From a virus (Duplodnaviria > Caudoviricetes), in IMG/VR virus record IMGVR_UViG_3300020450_001133: a stretch of DNA of 64,000 bases. One strand, written 5' to 3'. A program made the position numbers and the translations under genes. The notes under the pieces are model-generated. The model was not told the origin of the DNA, ran no database searches, and was given only the letters and a program-made list of their open reading frames with translations. Position 1 is the first letter of the stretch; each line of letters begins with the position of its first letter. This document shows, piece by piece, positions 63,380 through 64,000 of this stretch.

Positions 63380-63382
63380 GCT

Positions 63383-63652
63383 ATGAGTGGACCCTATACT
63401 CAAACCAATCTAACTGAAAATACATTTGAAAGAGTATTTGACTTATCAGTAGACAATGAAGAACTTGTTTGGCACAGAGATAGAAGAACAAGATTTGTAA
63501 AAGTATTAGAAGGCGTTGGTTGGAAATTTCAATTTGACAACGAACTACCAAAAGAAATAGGCCCAGGTTCCACTATACATATCAACAAAAGATGTTATCA
63601 TAGACTTATCAAAGGTTCAACACCATTAAAGGTTAGAATTGTAGAACTATGA
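63383..63652 (+). CDS. Small cupin-like phage protein
   Basis: ELVWHRD...GWKFQFDNELP...HRLIKG. Confidence 0.65.
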   Translation: MSGPYTQTNLTENTFERVFDLSVDNEELVWHRDRRTRFVKVLEGVGWKFQFDNELPKEIGPGSTIHINKRCYHRLIKGSTPLKVRIVEL

Positions 63653-64000
63653 AAAAAGCAGTAATATATCCAGGAAGATTTCAACCTATGCTACCTCATC
63701 ATGAGATAGTGTACAAAAAACTGCAGGCAGAATTTCCTGATGCAGATGTATATATTGCAACATCAGACAAAGTAGAAGGCAGTAAAAGTCCTTTCAATTT
63801 TAAAGAAAAAGCAGAAATAATGGCACAAATGTTTGATATTCCTGTGGATAAAATTATACTTGCACCTCAACCTTACCTAATAGATTCATATAAAACTAAA
63901 TTAGATATGGAAAATACTTTGGTTATATTTGCAGTAGGGGAAAAGGATACAGACCGTTTTCCAATGAATAATGTGGACGAAAAGACAGGTTTAGACATGA
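63649..64000 (+). CDS. Nucleotidyltransferase (cytidylyltransferase/NMNAT-like), partial, runs off the window (not in ORF track)
   Basis: MKKAVIYPGRFQPMLPHHEIVY...IATSD...SPFNFKEK...AVGEKD.DRF. Confidence 0.75.
   Translation, partial: MKKAVIYPGRFQPMLPHHEIVYKKLQAEFPDADVYIATSDKVEGSKSPFNFKEKAEIMAQMFDIPVDKIILAPQPYLIDSYKTKLDMENTLVIFAVGEKDTDRFPMNNVDEKTGLDM

Noticed and set aside
1-64000. tRNA, rRNA, tmRNA or CRISPR array
   Set aside because: I found no cloverleaf with a T-loop in an intergenic gap and no regularly spaced direct repeats. GTTCAAATCCC at about 14848 lies inside a CDS. A tRNAscan/ARAGORN run would be definitive.
1-64000. Stop-codon reassignment or selenocysteine
   Set aside because: Conserved enzymes (ClpP, SufB, GuaC, peroxiredoxin) read through intact in code 11, and TAA, TAG and TGA all end genes.

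Overview
AT-rich, densely coding 64-kb segment of a very large tailed dsDNA phage (jumbo/huge phage, T4-like late transcription signals, probably marine with a proteobacterial host; host and habitat are inference). Standard genetic code fits. I saw no tRNA, rRNA or CRISPR array. The window carries many host-like genes: a SUF Fe-S assembly set (sufB-C-D-S-T plus distant sufE, 7Fe ferredoxin, bacterioferritin-like protein), a proteostasis set (ClpX, ClpP, ClpS, probable ClpA start, DnaJ, Hsp20, GroES-like), ribosomal proteins bS21 and bL33, ACP + FabF + lipase, NadE, GuaC, QueD, PhoH, UvdE and a stand-alone DnaE fragment. It also has lysis genes (spanin pair, T4-type lysozyme, SleB hydrolase) and virion/head-protein genes. 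Signals read directly from the DNA and not shown by the ORF track: (1) a classical -1 frameshift signal (A_AAA_AAG, 6 nt, 7-bp hairpin) at the end of a lipoprotein gene that opens a start-less 32-aa Cys-containing extension; (2) systematic leaderless architecture, with consensus sigma70 and TAAATA late promoters 5-8 nt from the start codon; (3) a ROSE-like RNA thermometer on hsp20; (4) several structured non-coding RNA candidates; (5) mosaic MKLxE/D-initiated head polyproteins. Several start codons were corrected and about 12 short ORFs added by hand. Family assignments come from recognised motifs, not database searches.
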